Part shown: piece by piece, positions 38,160-54,583 of the stretch
How positions within the stretch are numbered: the first letter of the stretch is position 1
Layout of the letters: each line of letters opens with the position of its first letter
Assembly (NCBI GenBank): GCA_964016885.1
Contig: OZ024758.1
Coordinates: forward strand, 22,692,001-22,756,000
Origin: Eledone cirrhosa
Taxonomy: Eukaryota
Direction: 5' to 3'
Length of the DNA stretch: 64,000 nucleotides
The notes under the pieces: model-generated
What the model was told of the DNA's origin: nothing
What the model saw: the letters and a program-made list of their open reading frames with translations, nothing else
Databases searched by the model: none
Position numbers and translations under genes: made by a program

Positions 38160-40590
38160 TATCTTCTTTGCCTACTTATTCCTGAGGACCATGGGGGCAG
38201 AGTCCTCAAAAACTCCTTCCAGCAGGTCCTGTCAGAAGCAACCATCTCCAACTGATCCAGCAAGATCCCCAAGCCAAACCAGCCAAGCTCATGGATGTTA
38301 TCCAACCAGCTTGCTCTGGGTCTTCTCCTGGGGCTCCTGCCGTTTGGTTTTTTGCCCATAAAATCTGTCCTGTCCAGCAATTCTTTCCTGAAAGGTTCTA
38401 ACCACATGCCCATAGTATTGGAACTGTGATCTCTCAATTTGGAGAAGTAGCAGCTCTACCTGGAGCGACTCTCTGATCTCCAAGCTACAAATTTGTCCAG
38501 CAGTTCTTTTCTGAAACATTCTAACCACATGCCCAAAGTATTGGAGCTGTGATCTCTCAATTTGGAGAAGTAGCAGCTCTACCTGGAGTGACTCTCTGAT
38601 CTCCAAGCTACAAATGTGTCCAGCAGTTCTTTTCTGAAACATTCTAACCACATGCCCAAAGTATTGGAACTGTGATCTCTCAATTTGGAGAAGTAGCAGC
38701 TCTACCTGGAGCGACTCTCTGATCTCCAAGCTACAAATCTGTCCAGCAGTTCTTTCCTGAAACATTCTAACCACATGCCCACAGTATCGGAGCTGTGATC
38801 TCTCAATTTGGAGAAGTAGCAGCTCTACCTGGAGCGACTCTCTGATCTCCAAGCTACAAATTTGTCCAGCAGTTCTTTTCTGAAACATTCTAACCACATG
38901 CCCACAGTATTGGAACTGTGATCTCTCAATTTGGAGAAGTAGCAGCTCTACCTGGAGCGACTCTCTGATCTCCAAGCTACAAATTTGTCCAGCAGTTCTT
39001 TTCTGAAACATTCTAACCACATGCCCACAGTATTGGAACTGTGATCTCTCAATTTGGAGAAGTAGCAGCTCTACCTGGAGCGACTCTCTGATCTCCAAGC
39101 TACAAATTTGTCCAGCAGTTCTTTTCTGAAACATTCTAACCACATGCCCACAGTATTGGAACTGTGATCTCTCAATTTGGAGAAGTAGCAGCTCTACCTG
39201 GAGTGACTCTCTGATCTCCAAGCTACAAATGTGTCCAGCAGTTCTTTTCTGAAACATTCTAACCACATGCCCATAGTATTGGAGCTGTGATCTCTCAATT
39301 TGGAGAAGTAGCAACTCTACCTGGTGTGACTCTCTGATCTCCAAGCTACAAATGTGTCCAGCAGTTCTTTCCTGAAACATTCTAACCACATGCCCAAAGT
39401 ATTGGAACTGTGATCTCTCAATTTGGAGAAGTAGCAGCTCTACCTGGAGCGACTCTCTGATCTCCAAGCTACAAATTTGTCCAGCAGTTCTTTTCTGAAA
39501 CATTCTAACCACATGCCCACAGTATTGGAACTGTGATCTCTCAATTTGGAGAAGTAGCAGCTCTACCTGGAGTGACTCTCTGATCTCCAAGCTACAAATG
39601 TGTCCAGCAGTTCTTTTCTGAAACATTCTAACCACATGCCCATAGTATTGGAACTGTGATCTCTCAATTTGGAGAAGTAGCAGCTCTACCTGGAGCGACT
39701 CTCTGATCTCCAAGCTACAAATCTGTCCAGCAGTTCTTTCCTGAAACATTCTAACCACATGCCCACAGTATTGGAACTGTGATCTCTCAATTTGGAGAAG
39801 TAGCAGCTCTACCTGGAGTGACTCTCTGATCTCCAAGCTACAAATCTGTCCAGCAGTTCTTTCCTGAAACATTCTAACCACATGCTCACAGTATTGGAGC
39901 TGTGATCTCTCAATTTGGAGAAGTAGCAGCTCTACCTGGAGTGACTCTCTGATCTCCAAGCTACAAATCTGTCCAGCAGTTCTTTCCTGAAACATTCTAA
40001 CCACATGCCCACAGTATTGGAGCTGTGATCTCTCAATTTGGAGAAGTAGCAGCTCTACCTGGAGTGACTCTCTGATCTCCAAGCTACAAATCTGTCCAGC
40101 AGTTCTTTCCTGAAACATTCTAACCACATGCCCACAGTATTGGAGCTGTGATCTCTCAATTTGGAGAAGTAGCAGCTCTACCTGGAGTGACTCTCTGATC
40201 TCCAAGCTACAAATGTGTCCAGCAGTTCTTTTCTGAAACATTCTAACCACATGCCCACAGTATTGGAACTGTGATCTCTCAATTTGGAGAAGTAGCAGCT
40301 CTACCTGGAGTGACTCTCTGATCTCCAAGCTACAAATCTGTCCAGCAGTTCTTTCCTGAAACATTCTAACCACATGCCCACAGTATTGGAGCTGTGATCT
40401 CTCAATTTGGAGAAGTAGCAGCTCTACCTGGAGTGACTCTCTGATCTATGCACTATCGAGTAACGTTACTCCAAAGACCCTTCGGAGGAACCCAATTTCG
40501 GTCGCTTGTATTCTCAATCATTCTTTCAGTCAGTGCCCAAGATTCATGAGCATAGGTAAAGGTTAGCACAAATACCGAATTGAAGATAAT
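38160..40590 (-). pseudogene. RTE-clade (Rex3/Expander-like) LINE 3' end interrupted by a tandem array
   Basis: IQATEIGFLRRV..IRESLQVELLLLQIERSQLRYCGHVVRM..GRSPRRRPRASWLD..LRTLPP. A short plus-strand homolog of the 3' end lies at ~1480-1535. Confidence 0.85.
38367..40447. repeat. 123-bp tandem array, ~17 copies
   Basis: Period 123 (ACCACATGCC at 38401, 38524, 38647), equal to 41 codons per unit. Confidence 0.97.
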
Positions 40591-40939
40591 AGGTTAGGCT
40601 TTTATACATATCTCCCTTCTTCTGATTACTGAATATATATTTCATTAAAATAAATAAGTGAAAAAACAGGAGATCTGAGTAAAGAAGAGGATTTTCCTTT
40701 TCTTTGAAGTAGAATAGTTAGAAATCAATGCTACAAACTCTTTCTGATTGTCAGCAGAAACTAATTCACTAACACATACAATACACTTTCTTCTCAATAT
40801 CAATTTGTCATACTAAAGTTGGCAGAGAGGGGGGGGGGGGGGTTAGGTTTCTAAAGATTCAAGCAGTTCAGCTGTACACCTAAACAACTGATGTTTGTAT
40901 TTTACTGTTTAGTATATAGCTTTTATTATTTTGCTAGTT

Positions 40940-41250
40940 TGGGTGGTGGATTGGCAGTATCGATAAGAGTGTCAGACGCCATGCTTTTGCAGCACAAAGT
41001 TACGGCCCTTTACATTCTGAGTTCAAATCCCGTTGAGGTTAGCTTTGCCTTTCATCCTTACGGGGTCACAGACGCCATGCTTTTGCAGCACAGAGTTACG
41101 GCCCTTTACATTCTGAGTTCAAATCCCACTGAAGTTAGCTTTGCCTTTCATCCTTACGGAGTCGATAGAAAATACCAGTAGCGCACTGGGGGTCGATTTA
41201 ATCAGCTTCCCCCAAAATTGCTGGCCTTGAGTCTAAATCAGAAACTGATA
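40940..41250 (+). mobile_element. SINE family A with ~97-bp internal tandem duplication
   Basis: CAGACGCCATGC...GAGTTCAAATCCC...CATCCTTACGG occurs twice. Confidence 0.75.
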
Positions 41251-41577
41251 TTTTACTATTTAGTATATGATTACAAGTATTGTTTGAAATTTGCTTTTAC
41301 ATATATTGAAAGGAAATCATTTTGCATCTATATTTACTATGCATTTTCATGGTATACACTTTGTGAAGGCACATGGCTGAGTGGTTAGAGAATTGGACTC
41401 GCAATTGTGAGGTTGTGAGTTCGATTCCCAGACCAGGCGATGCGTTATTTCCTCGACACTTTATTTCACGTTGCTCCTTCTACCTAGAGTTGCGACTGAT
41501 AGAGAGTATTAGCAATTGGAAAGACCAATGGAAACATTGATACCTTGGTCTGATTTGATGAAAGTCGATCGACTGTC

Positions 41578-41712
41578 GACACTTTATCTTACATACTATC
41601 GAATCTGTGAGATTTTATTTTGAGAACACTACCTTAACATTAGTATGAGCAGCCAGTTTGAACAGAGGTGTGATAATTCTGGCCGGATACTGCCAGTTTA
41701 AATGCTAAAGGG
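41578..41712. mobile_element. Partial piggyBac-like MITE
   Basis: Ends GCTAAAGGG-TTAA and the body matches the family. Confidence 0.65.
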
Positions 41713-42582
41713 TTAAATCACATTTCTTGAACATCATATTCAGTTTTGTTTTTAGACTTTGACCTTTCTTGAATTCTCATCACATACCTTCACCTAACCC
41801 TGTTCTACTAAAGAATTTCACTTGTAAACAAACATTGCACATACCTTAAAGCTATGTGGTCCAATATTTAATATGCTAAAGCAAAACATTCTCACAATAC
41901 TAAATAACAAAATATTCTCTCTCTCTAAATCAAATCACAGAATTTACAGAATTAGCAGAAGTTCAAAGGTCAATGGACATTAAGATAAAAAATGTTTAGT
42001 GAAGAATGATTTTACCAGCTGTACATGCTTATTATTAGTATTTCACAGCCAGACAGGACAGTATATGTCATTTGAAACCATCACCACCTAACATAGGTTA
42101 GGCAGGTCCTCATACAATCTGTTTCTAACAGGGTTTCTATGGGTGGATGCCCTTCCTAATGACAACCATTTCTCACCATGTACTGGCTGAATATGAATTT
42201 CACTAAGGACAGCATTTATTGTTTCTAAACAAATGTGGAAGTGCATCCAGCTGTAAAATTCCTGTAAAATTCCTGGTCAAATTTACAGTCCTGTCAGAGC
42301 AAGGTATGACATAGCCAATTCTGAAGGGCCAGGTTGTGGTGTTAAACTTGGGAGACAGATTAAGTCTACTAAACCATGGCAGGATTTGAACTCAGAACAC
42401 ATTGAGCTGGAACAAATAGCACAAAGATTATCACCCTGACTGGTATCAACCCCAGAAGAAAGAAATGCAAAGTTAACCATGACCACATTTCTAATGAAAT
42501 ACACTATTTTAATCAAATCAATTAATGAACAATTTTGAGAGATTTACTAAAATTATTAATTATTTCATTAGCAAGATAGTAT

Positions 42583-42788
42583 CTTTACCATTTACATTAC
42601 TGTATATATACTATTATATTTTCACAGTAAAGGTTTTACCTCATAAATTTGAATCTACGAGATTTTGATATCATTTATTTTGAGAACAATACCTTAACAT
42701 ATGTAGGGGCAGCCAGTTATAGTCAGTTTGAACAGAAAGAGGTGAGAGAATTCTAGTCGGATATAGAGCCGGTTTAAATGCTAAAGGG
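42583..42788. mobile_element. piggyBac-like MITE (reverse orientation)
   Basis: CTTTACCATTTAC...GCTAAAGGG-TTAA. Confidence 0.7.
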
Positions 42789-43924
42789 TTAATAATGTAA
42801 GGTTCTGATATTGGAAGATTTTTAATTTAAATTGTAAACCTTTAAAATGGGCGACTTTATTTCATAGAACCAGGGCTGGTTTTTGGCCAGATTGATAACT
42901 AAAGGGTTAGGTTAAGGAACAGGAACAAAATTCCACATGGCATTTTATATTATGGTCTAATTCTTCTGTCAAATCACTTTTTTGGTCAATTGTTGTCTAA
43001 CCCATGCTAGTGTGGAAAAAAGGATATTAAACGGTGATGGTGATGATGATGATGTAGATTACACACACACACAAATATTTCCATTTCCAAAATCTTACAT
43101 CATCATCATTATCATTATCATCATTGTTCAACATCTTATCTTCCACGCTAGCATGGGTTAGACGGGTTTATCCCATTTGAGGCAATTTGGGTTGGGTGAC
43201 CGTGTCTCGCTCATGTAGAACTGTTTCTTATAACTATTGTAGTGCCTTAAGATTTCTTTATTGGCACCAGTGGTACATTAATTAACCTAGATCTATTAAT
43301 TACATACTAATAAAGTAGAAAAAGAGAACTAGAGGTCAAAGCAACTTATCTGACCTCATGCAGCAGACTACTGTTGAGTTTTCTTTATTTGAAATATGTG
43401 TAAACCAAAAGAAGTAAATTTCAAAACAGTTCAGACAACTTATGTAAAAGTTTAATATGTTTAACAAATGTTAAAGTAAAATATTCATGGAACAATATCA
43501 CCCATGTAGATGCTGTGATCATACATACATACATATATATATACACACACACACACATACACACCACAGATATATACATATACATACAGAAACAGATATA
43601 TACATATCTATATATATAAATACATACAGAAACATACATATATATATAAATACATACAGAAACATACATATATACATATCTATATATATAAATACATACA
43701 GAAACATACATATCTATCTATACATGTATACATACAGAAACATACATATATACATATCTATCTATACACATATACATACATACATACATATCTATCTATA
43801 CATATATACATATCTATCTATACACATATACATATATATACATACATACATACATACATATCTATCTATACATACTTATCTATCTATACATATATACATA
43901 TATATACATACATACATAAACATA

Positions 43925-44922
43925 CATCATCATCATCGATTAACATCTATCTTCCATGCCACCATGGGTTAGACGGGGTTTTGTCCCATTTAGAGGCAAG
44001 TTGGGTCGGGTGACCATGTCTCGATCATATAGGAGAGTTTCTGGATGGTTTACTACAGCTGGATGCCCTTCCTGATGCCAACCACATTTACAGTGTGGGC
44101 TGGGTACTTTTTATCGTGACACCAACACGACAACATTACAGTGTGGACTGGTCACTTTTTGTCCTGACACCTACACCACTTTACAGCATGGACTGGGAAC
44201 CTTTGTCATGTCACTGACACAACCACTTTACAGTGGGGCCTGGGCACCTTTGTCATGTCACTGACACAACCACTTTACAGTGGGGTCTGGGCACCTTTGT
44301 CATGTCACTGACACAACCACTTTACAGTGGGGTCTGGGCACCTTTGTCATGTCACTGACACAACCACTTTACAGTGGGGTCTGGGCACCTTTGTCATGTC
44401 ACTGACACAACCACTTTACAGTGGGGTCTGGGCACCTTTGTCATGTCACTGACACAACCACTTTACAGTGGGGCCTGGGCACCTTTGTCATGCCACTGAC
44501 ACAACCACTTTACAGTTGGGCCTGGGCACCTTTGTCATGTCACTGACACATACACCACTTTACAGTGGGCCCTGGGCACCTTTGTCATGTCACTGACACA
44601 ACCACTTTACAGTGGGGCCTGGGCACCTTTGTCATGTCAGTGACACATACACCACTTTACAGTGGGGCCTGGGCACCTTTGTCATGTCAGTGACACATAC
44701 ACCACTTTACAGTGGGGCCTGGGCACCTTTGTCATGTCACTGACACAACCACTTTACAGTGGGGCCTGGGCACCTTTGTCATGTCACTGACACAACGACT
44801 TTACAGTGGGGCCTGGGCACCTTTGTCATGTCACTGACACAACCACTTTACAGTTGGGCCTGGGCACTTTTGTCATGTCACTGACACAACCACTTTACAT
44901 TGGGGCCTGGGAACCTTTGTCT
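43925..44922 (-). repeat. SINE-B 3' half running into a 47-bp tandem array (~44080-44922, ~18 copies)
   Basis: (CAT)n tail and CAGCTGGATGCCCTTCCT are contiguous with units ACAACCACTTTACAGTGGGGTCTGGGCACCTTTGTCATGTCACTGAC. Confidence 0.92.
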
Positions 44923-45141
44923 TGGGACTATGGAGGGTGAGGAAGCTTGGGGGAAAATGTGGACAAGGTAGTAGGGGAGGTATGGTTACCACTAAGGGAT
45001 GTGAATGAGATGGGATAGAAGGTTGAGGAAGGTGTTGCCTACTTGGTATAAGCCTCATCCTGAGAATAATAGAGGACGGGTCTTCTGTAAAACTTCATAA
45101 CGCCAGAAGTCGCGGCCCTGTGTCATTGCCTTTGAAAGGTG

Positions 45142-45178
<37 letters not shown>

Positions 45179-45270
45179 GTTATTCCGGGTTGAATCGGAG
45201 GTAACCACAGTAAGTAAGGTACTACTTGTAGAGACCTATAAATACCATATTTATTTATTTTTTGATACCC

Positions 45271-45321
45271 AGATTCCTGATGATTTCTAATGAATGAAAC
45301 AGTTCTAGTCCTGTAGAATCT
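45271..45321 (+). ncRNA. Type I hammerhead ribozyme, GUA triplet
   Basis: AGATTC-CTGATGA-T-TTC(TAAT)GAA-T-GAAA-CAG(TTCTAGTC)CTG-TA-GAATCT. All three stems pair and the predicted cut is after 45315. Confidence 0.85.
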
Positions 45322-45512
45322 CATCTATATTAAAACTATATATATATATATATATATCGCCATCATTTTACATCTACTTTTCCTTGGTTGCAATACATAC
45401 ATATATATACATACACCGCCCAATCCTTGAAACCTAAGATAGCATGTTAAATGTATGAATCATTATATACATGTACATACACAAATACATACATAATATA
45501 TACATAATATAT

Positions 45513-45554
<42 letters not shown>

Positions 45555-45749
45555 ACACACACACACATCCTTATATATGTTTAATTAATTAACTAGAAAT
45601 GCAAACTATTTACACATAACATGGTAAAAAAGAAGCATGACCAGACCGGACCGGACCAAGGAAACAATGTTTCCATTGATGCCTCCATTTTCCATCTGTC
45701 AATTTGAACTCAAAATGCAATGAACCAGAACAGAGGACGGAAAAACACC

Positions 45750-48700
45750 AACTCTACCACCACACTGTGTGTATTGAGTACTTTTTATCATGCATCAACT
45801 GCCACCATAAAGTGTGTATTGAGTACTTTTTATGATGAATCAACTACCACCATAAAGTGTGTATTGAGTACTTTTTATCATGAATCAACTGCCACCATAA
45901 AGTGTGTATTGAGTACTTTTTATCATGAATCAACTGCCACCATAAAGTGTGTATTGAGTACTTTTTATGATGAATCAACTACCACTATAAAGTGTGTATT
46001 GAGTGCATTTTATGATGAATCAACTACCACCATAAAGTGTGTATTGAGTACTTTTTATCATGAATCAACTGCCACCATAAAGTGTGTATTGAGTACTTTT
46101 TATGATGAATCAACTACCACTATAAAGTGTGTATTGAGTGCATTTTATGATGAATCAACTACCACCATAAAGTGTGTATTGAGTACTTTTTATCATGAAT
46201 CAACTGCCACCATAAAGTGTGTATTGAGTACTTTTTATCATGAATCAACTGCCACCATAAAGTGTGTATTGAGTACTTTTTATGATGAATCAACTACCAC
46301 TATAAAGTGTGTATTGAGTGCATTTTATGATGAATAAACTACCACCATAAAGTGTGTATTGAGTACTTTTTATCATGCATCAACTACCACCATAAAGTGT
46401 GTATTGAGTACTTTTTATCATGCATCAACTACCACCATAAAGTGTGTATTGAGTACTTTTTATGATGAATAAACTACCACCATATAGTGTGTATTGAGTA
46501 CTTTTTATCATGCATCAACTACCACCATACTGTGTGTATTGAGTACTTTTTATCATGCATCAACTACCACCATAAAGTGTGTATTGAGTACTTTTTATGA
46601 TGAATAAACTACCACCATAAAGTGTGTATTGAGTACTTTTTATGATGAATAAACTACCACCATAAAGTGTGTATTGAGTACTTTTTATGATGAATAAACT
46701 ACCACCATATAGTGTGTATTGAGTACTTTTTATCATGCATCAACTACCACCATACTGTGTGTATTGAGTACTTTTTATCATGCATCAACTACCACCATAA
46801 AGTGTGTATTGAGTACTTTTTATGATGAATAAACTACCACCATAAAGTGTGTATTGAGTACTTTTTATCATGAACCAACTACCACCATAAAGTGTGTATT
46901 GAGTACTTTTTATGATGAATAAACTACCACCATAAAGTGTGTATTGAGTACTTTTTATGATGAATAAACTACCACCATAAAGTGTGTATTGAGTACTTTT
47001 TATGATGAATAAACTACCACCATAAAGTGTGTATTGAGTACTTTTTATGATGAATAAACTACCACCATAAAGTGTGTATTGAGTACTTTTTATCATGAAT
47101 CAACTACCACCATAAAGTGTGTATTGAGTACTTTTTATCATGAATCAACTGCCACCATAAAGTGTGTATTGAGTACTTTTTATCATGAATCAACTGCCAC
47201 CATAAAGTGTGTATTGAGTACTTTTTATGATGAATCAACTGCCACCATAAAGTGTGTATTGAGTACTTTTTATCATGCATCAACTGCCACCATAAAGTGT
47301 GTATTGAGTACTTTTTATGATGAATCAACTACCACCATAAAGTGTGTATTGAGTACTTTTTATCATGAATAAACTACCACCATAAAGTGTGTATTGAGTA
47401 CTTTTTATGATGAATAAACTACCACCATAAAGTGTGTATTGAGTACTTTTTATCATGAATCAACTACCACCATAAAGTGTGTATTGAGTACTTTTTATCA
47501 TGAATCAACTACCACCATAAAGTGTGTATTGAGTACTTTTTATCATGCATCAACTACCACCATAAAGTGTGTATTGAGTACTTTTTATCATGCATCAACT
47601 GCCACCATAAAGTGTGTATTGAGTACTTTTTATCATGAATCAACTGCCACCATAAAGTGTGTATTGAGTACTTTTTATCATGAATCAACTGCCACCATAA
47701 AGTGTGTATTGAGTACTTTTTATCATGAATAAACTACCACCATAAAGTGTGTATTGAGTACTTTTTATGATGAATAAACTACCACCATAAAGTGCGTATT
47801 GAGTACTTTTTATCATGAATCAACTGCCACCATAAAGTGTGTATTGAGTACTTTTTATGATGAATAAACTACCACCATAAAGTGTGTATTGAGTACTTTT
47901 TATCATGAATTAACTACCACCATAAAGTCTGTATTGAGTACTTTTTATCATGAATCAACTGCCACCATAAAGTGTGTATTGAGTACTTTTTATCATGAAT
48001 AAACTACCACCATAAAGTGTGTATTGAGTACTTTTTATGATGAATAAACTACCACCATAAAGTGTGTATTGAGTACTTTTTATCATGAATAAACTCCCAC
48101 CATAAAGTGTGTATTGAGTACTTTTTATGATGAATAAACTACCACCATAAAGTGTGTATTGAGTACTTTTTATCATGAATCAACTGCCACCATAAAGTGT
48201 GTATTGAGTACTTTTTATCATGAATCAACTGCCACCATAAAGTGTGTATTGAGTACTTTTTATCATGAAGTGTGTATTGAGTACTTTTTATCATGAATCA
48301 ACTGCCACTATAAAGTGTGTATTGAGTACTTTTTATCATGAATCAACTGCCACCATAAAGTGTGTATTGAGTACTTTTTATCATGAATCAACTACCACCA
48401 TAAAGTGTGTATTGAGTACTTTTTATCATGAATCAACTGCCACCATAAAGTGTGTATTGAGTACTTTTTATCATGAATTAACTACCACCATAAAGTGTGT
48501 ATTGAGTACTTTTTATCATGAATCAACTACCACCATAAAGTGTGTATTGAGTACTTTTTATCATGAATCAACTGCCACCATAAAGTGTGTATTGAGTACT
48601 TTTTATCATGAATAAACTACCACCATAAAGTGTGTATTGAGTACATTTTATGATGAATAAACTACCACCATAAAGTGTGTATTGAGTACTTTTTATCATG

Positions 48701-50900
48701 CATCAACTACCACCATAAAGTGTGTATTGAGTACTTTTTATGATGAATAAACTACCACCATAAAGTGTGTATTGAGTACTTTTTATCATGCATCAACTGC
48801 CACCATAAAGTGTGTATTGAGTACTTTTTATGATGAATAAACTACCACCATAAAGTGTGTATTGAGTACTTTTTATCATGCATCAACTACCACCATAAAG
48901 TGTGTATTGAGTACTTTTTATCATGAATCAACTACCACCATAAAGTGTGTATTGAGTACTTTTTTATCATGCATCAACTACCACCATAAAGTGTGTATTG
49001 AGTACTTTTTATCATGCATCAACTACCACCATAAAGTGTGTATTGAGTACTTTTTATGATGAATCAACTACCACCATAAAGTGTGTATTGAGTACTTTTT
49101 ATCATGCATCAACTACCACCATAAAGTGTGTATTGAGTACTTTTTATCATGCATCAACTACCACCATAAAGTGTGTATTGAGTACTTTTTATGATGAATA
49201 AACTACCACCATAAAGTGTGTATTGAGTACTTTTTATCATGAATCAACTACCACCATAAAGTGTGTATTGAGTACTTTTTATCATGAATCAACTACCACC
49301 ATAAAGTGTGTATTGAGTACTTTTTATCATGCATCAACTACCACCATAAAGTGTGTATTGAGTACTTTTTATGATGAATAAACTACCACCATAAAGTGTG
49401 TATTGAGTACTTTTTATCATGAATCAACTACCACCATAAAGTGTGTATTGAGTACTTTTTATCATGCATCAACTGCCACCATAAAGTGTGTATTGAGTAC
49501 TTTTTATCATGAATAAACTACCACCATAAAGTGTGTATTGAGTACTTTTTATGATGAATAAACTACCACCATAAAGTGTGTATTGAGTACTTTTTATCAT
49601 GAATCAACTACCACCATAAAGTGTGTATTGAGTACTTTTTATCATGCATCAACTGCCACCATAAAGTGTGTATTGAGTACTTTTTATCATGAATAAACTA
49701 CCACCATAAAGTGTGTATTGAGTACTTTTTATGATGAATAAACTACCACCATAAAGTGTGTATTGAGTACTTTTTATCATGAATCAACTACCACCATAAA
49801 GTGTGTATTGAGTACTTTTTATCATGAATCAACTACCACCATAAAGTGTGTATTGAGTACTTTTTATCATGAATTAACTACCACCATAAAGTGTGTATTG
49901 AGTACTTTTTATCATGAATAAACTACCACCATAAAGTGTGTATTGAGTACTTTTTATCATGAATTAACTACCACCATAAAGTGTGTATTGAGTACTTTTT
50001 ATCATGAATCAACTACCACCATAAAGTGTGTATTGAGTACTTTTTATCATGAATCAACTACCACCATAAAGTGTGTATTGAGTACTTTTTATCATGCATC
50101 AATTACCACCATAAAGTGTGTATTGAGTACTTTTTATCATGCATCAATTACCACCATAAAGTGTGCATTGAATGTGTATCGAGTGCATTTTTCCATGCAC
50201 AGCATTACCAACATACAGTGCACATCGAGTGCATTTTATGCATCAACACTACCACTATGCAGTGTGCATTTTACTGCACATAAACACTACCAACATACAG
50301 TGTACATTGAGTGCATTTACCATGCATCAACACTACTATACAGTGTGCATTGAGTGCATCGACCATGCATCAACACTATCATTAAGCAGCCTGCATTTTA
50401 CTGCACATCAATACTATCATTATGCAGTGTGCACTGGGTGCATTTTACATCAACACTACCACTATACAGTATGTGCTAGATGCATTTCATCGGGACACCA
50501 CCACTTTACAGTGTGTACTTGGTGTATTTTATTGTGCATCAACTACACCACTATACAGTCTGTACTAGGTGCATTTTATTGTGCACCAGCACCACCACTT
50601 TACAGTGTGTACTTGGTGCATTTTATTGTGCACCAACACTACCACTTTACAGTGTGTACTAGGTGTATTTTATTGTGCACCAACACTACCACTTTAGTGT
50701 GTACTGGGTGTATTTTATTGTGCACCAGTAGCACCACTATATAGTATAGTAGGTGTAATTTGTGCACCAGTAGCACCACTATATAGTATAGTAGGTGTAA
50801 TTTGTGCATCAACACTGTTAGTCTACTGTGTGTACTAGGTGCAATTTTATTGTGCATCAGCACTGCCAGTTTACAGATTATACTGGGTGCATTTTATCAT
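45750..50900. repeat. 45-bp tandem array (~98 homogeneous copies to ~50170, then diverged copies)
   Basis: Unit CAACTACCACCATAAAGTGTGTATTGAGTACTTTTTATCATGAAT. Confidence 0.97.
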
Positions 50901-50954
50901 GAGACCAACACTGGAGAGGTTGTTGTGACCTGGACATGGCGGTGAGGCAGTAGT

Positions 50955-51815
50955 GGGAGAGGGTGAACGAGAGTATGATGGGAGAGGGTGAACGAGAGTA
51001 TGATGGGAGAGGGTGAACGAGAGTATGATGGGAAAAGGCACTGCGGGTTTGAGAGTATTACATATTTGTTACTGAGAGACAGAGAGGGTGGTGGGGGAGG
51101 AGATATAGGGAGAGAGAGGGTGGTGGGGGAGGAGATATAGGGAGAGAGAGGTGGTGGTGGCGGTGGAGAGACAGGGGAGGTGGTGGTGGCGAAGAGACAG
51201 AGGAGGTGGTGGTGGCGAAGAGACAGAGGAGGTGGTGGTGGTGGCGAAGAGACAGAGGAGGTGGTGGTGGTGGCGAAGAGACAGAGGAGGTGGTGGTGGT
51301 GGCGAAGAGACAGAGGAGGTGGTGGTGGTGGTGGAGACAGGAGGTGGTGGTGGTGGCGGAGACAGGTGGTGGTGGAGACAGGAGGTGGTGGTGGTGGAGA
51401 GACAGTGGAGGTGGTGGTGGTGGAGAGACAGTGGTGGTGGTGGTGGTGGAGAGACAGAGGTGGTGGTGGTGGTGGTGGAGAGACAGAGGTGGTGGTGGTG
51501 GTAGTGGAGAGACAGAGGTGGTGGTGGTGGTGGTAGTGGAGAGACAGAGGTGGTGGTGGTGGTGGAGGAGGAGAGACAGGTGGTGGTGGAGGAGGAGAGA
51601 CAGGTGGTGGTGGAGGAGGACAAGGAGATATAGGGACAGACAGAGGGGTGGAGGAGACAGAGATAGAGAGGGTGGTGGTGAAGATATAGGGAAGAGACAG
51701 AGGAGGTGGTGGTGGTGGAGATATAGGGAGAGGCAGAGGAGGTGGTGGAGTAGGAGATATAGGGACAGGCAGAGGAGGTGGCGGTGGAGAAGGAAGAGAC
51801 AGAGGGGTGGTGGAG
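50955..51815. repeat. (GGT)n/GAGACAGA low-complexity tract
   Basis: Direct inspection. Confidence 0.9.
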
Positions 51816-52131
51816 AACAAAAGGAGGTGTTGGGTGGATTGGACATTGTTAGAAGTGGTGTTGAGGTGATGGGAGTGATGGATAGGGGCTGTTCAGGATT
51901 ACATCAGGGTAGGGGAGTGCGGTGGGGGTGGAGAAAGGGATTTTAATGTACACGGAATTCAGAGTGTCCACATTATGTGGGCACCACTGCAATGGATACA
52001 AGGGGTGAAGGGGTGGTGGGGGTTAGCATCGGTGGGGGTGGGAGGAAGTCTGGCAGATCTCCCAGACTACGTTAGTTTTTGTGAGACAGTGTAGTACAGA
52101 AAGTCTGAGACCGATTAGAATAAAAAATTTA

Positions 52132-53884
<1,753 letters not shown>

Positions 53885-54583
53885 TATAGGGGTGTGTCTC
53901 GCTTTTATATCGGTGGACACGTCAATACAACCAAATCTCTATCCAGTGAACAGCTTTGAATGTATCACAAACTGTTCAGGTAAGACAAGGGAAATGGAAA
54001 GATCAATTCAGAAACTAGACTCGGTTATAATTGATAGAAATTCAGTTTTTCTTTCTTTCTTTCTAAAGTCTGCCTGAATTGGGCATGAGATTCACTACAC
54101 CTACAACCTCACAGTCTAATATTAGTGTGGCCGATGTCGTTATATCTAGATAGCCTCCTTTAGTGTATCATGAACAGAAAGAGAGAAATGACGACGACGA
54201 GCAGGTAAAGACGACGTTTTAAGCTTACTACTCACTACAGTATATAAATATAGAATAAAATAAATACGAAAACAAAATAAAATATAAGAAATAAGGAAAA
54301 TTAATTATATATAATAATAGAATATGACTATGAAAATTATTTTCAAACACTCCAAACATTTCTAAGAAAGCATGATGAATATTTTAAAAACAAACTGGGG
54401 TTTGTTTTGAAGACACGTCCCTTGTTTTTATATAATAGAATACAGTTTTGATAAATTTACGGAATGTTTCGGACAATAAACTAATCATTTATTGTATGTT
54501 TATACAAGTTATTTAATTATTGCGTAACACAGATGTTGCTTGCCTACATATCATGACATAACTGTCATTGTCTTTTTTTTTTT

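Noticed and set aside
45750-50170. GTATTGAGTAC in every unit of the 45-bp array, identical to the ribozyme-element motif
   Set aside because: The unit aligns to the SINE module (GTACTGGGTGC), so the match is explained by drift of that sequence. No hammerhead is linked, though coincidence is not proven.
50897-51946. Pro/His/Thr-rich or Gly/Val-rich ORFs (also 6066-6509, 1373-1864, 60315-60767)
   Set aside because: Low-complexity simple repeats that are open in several frames, with no splice or homology support.
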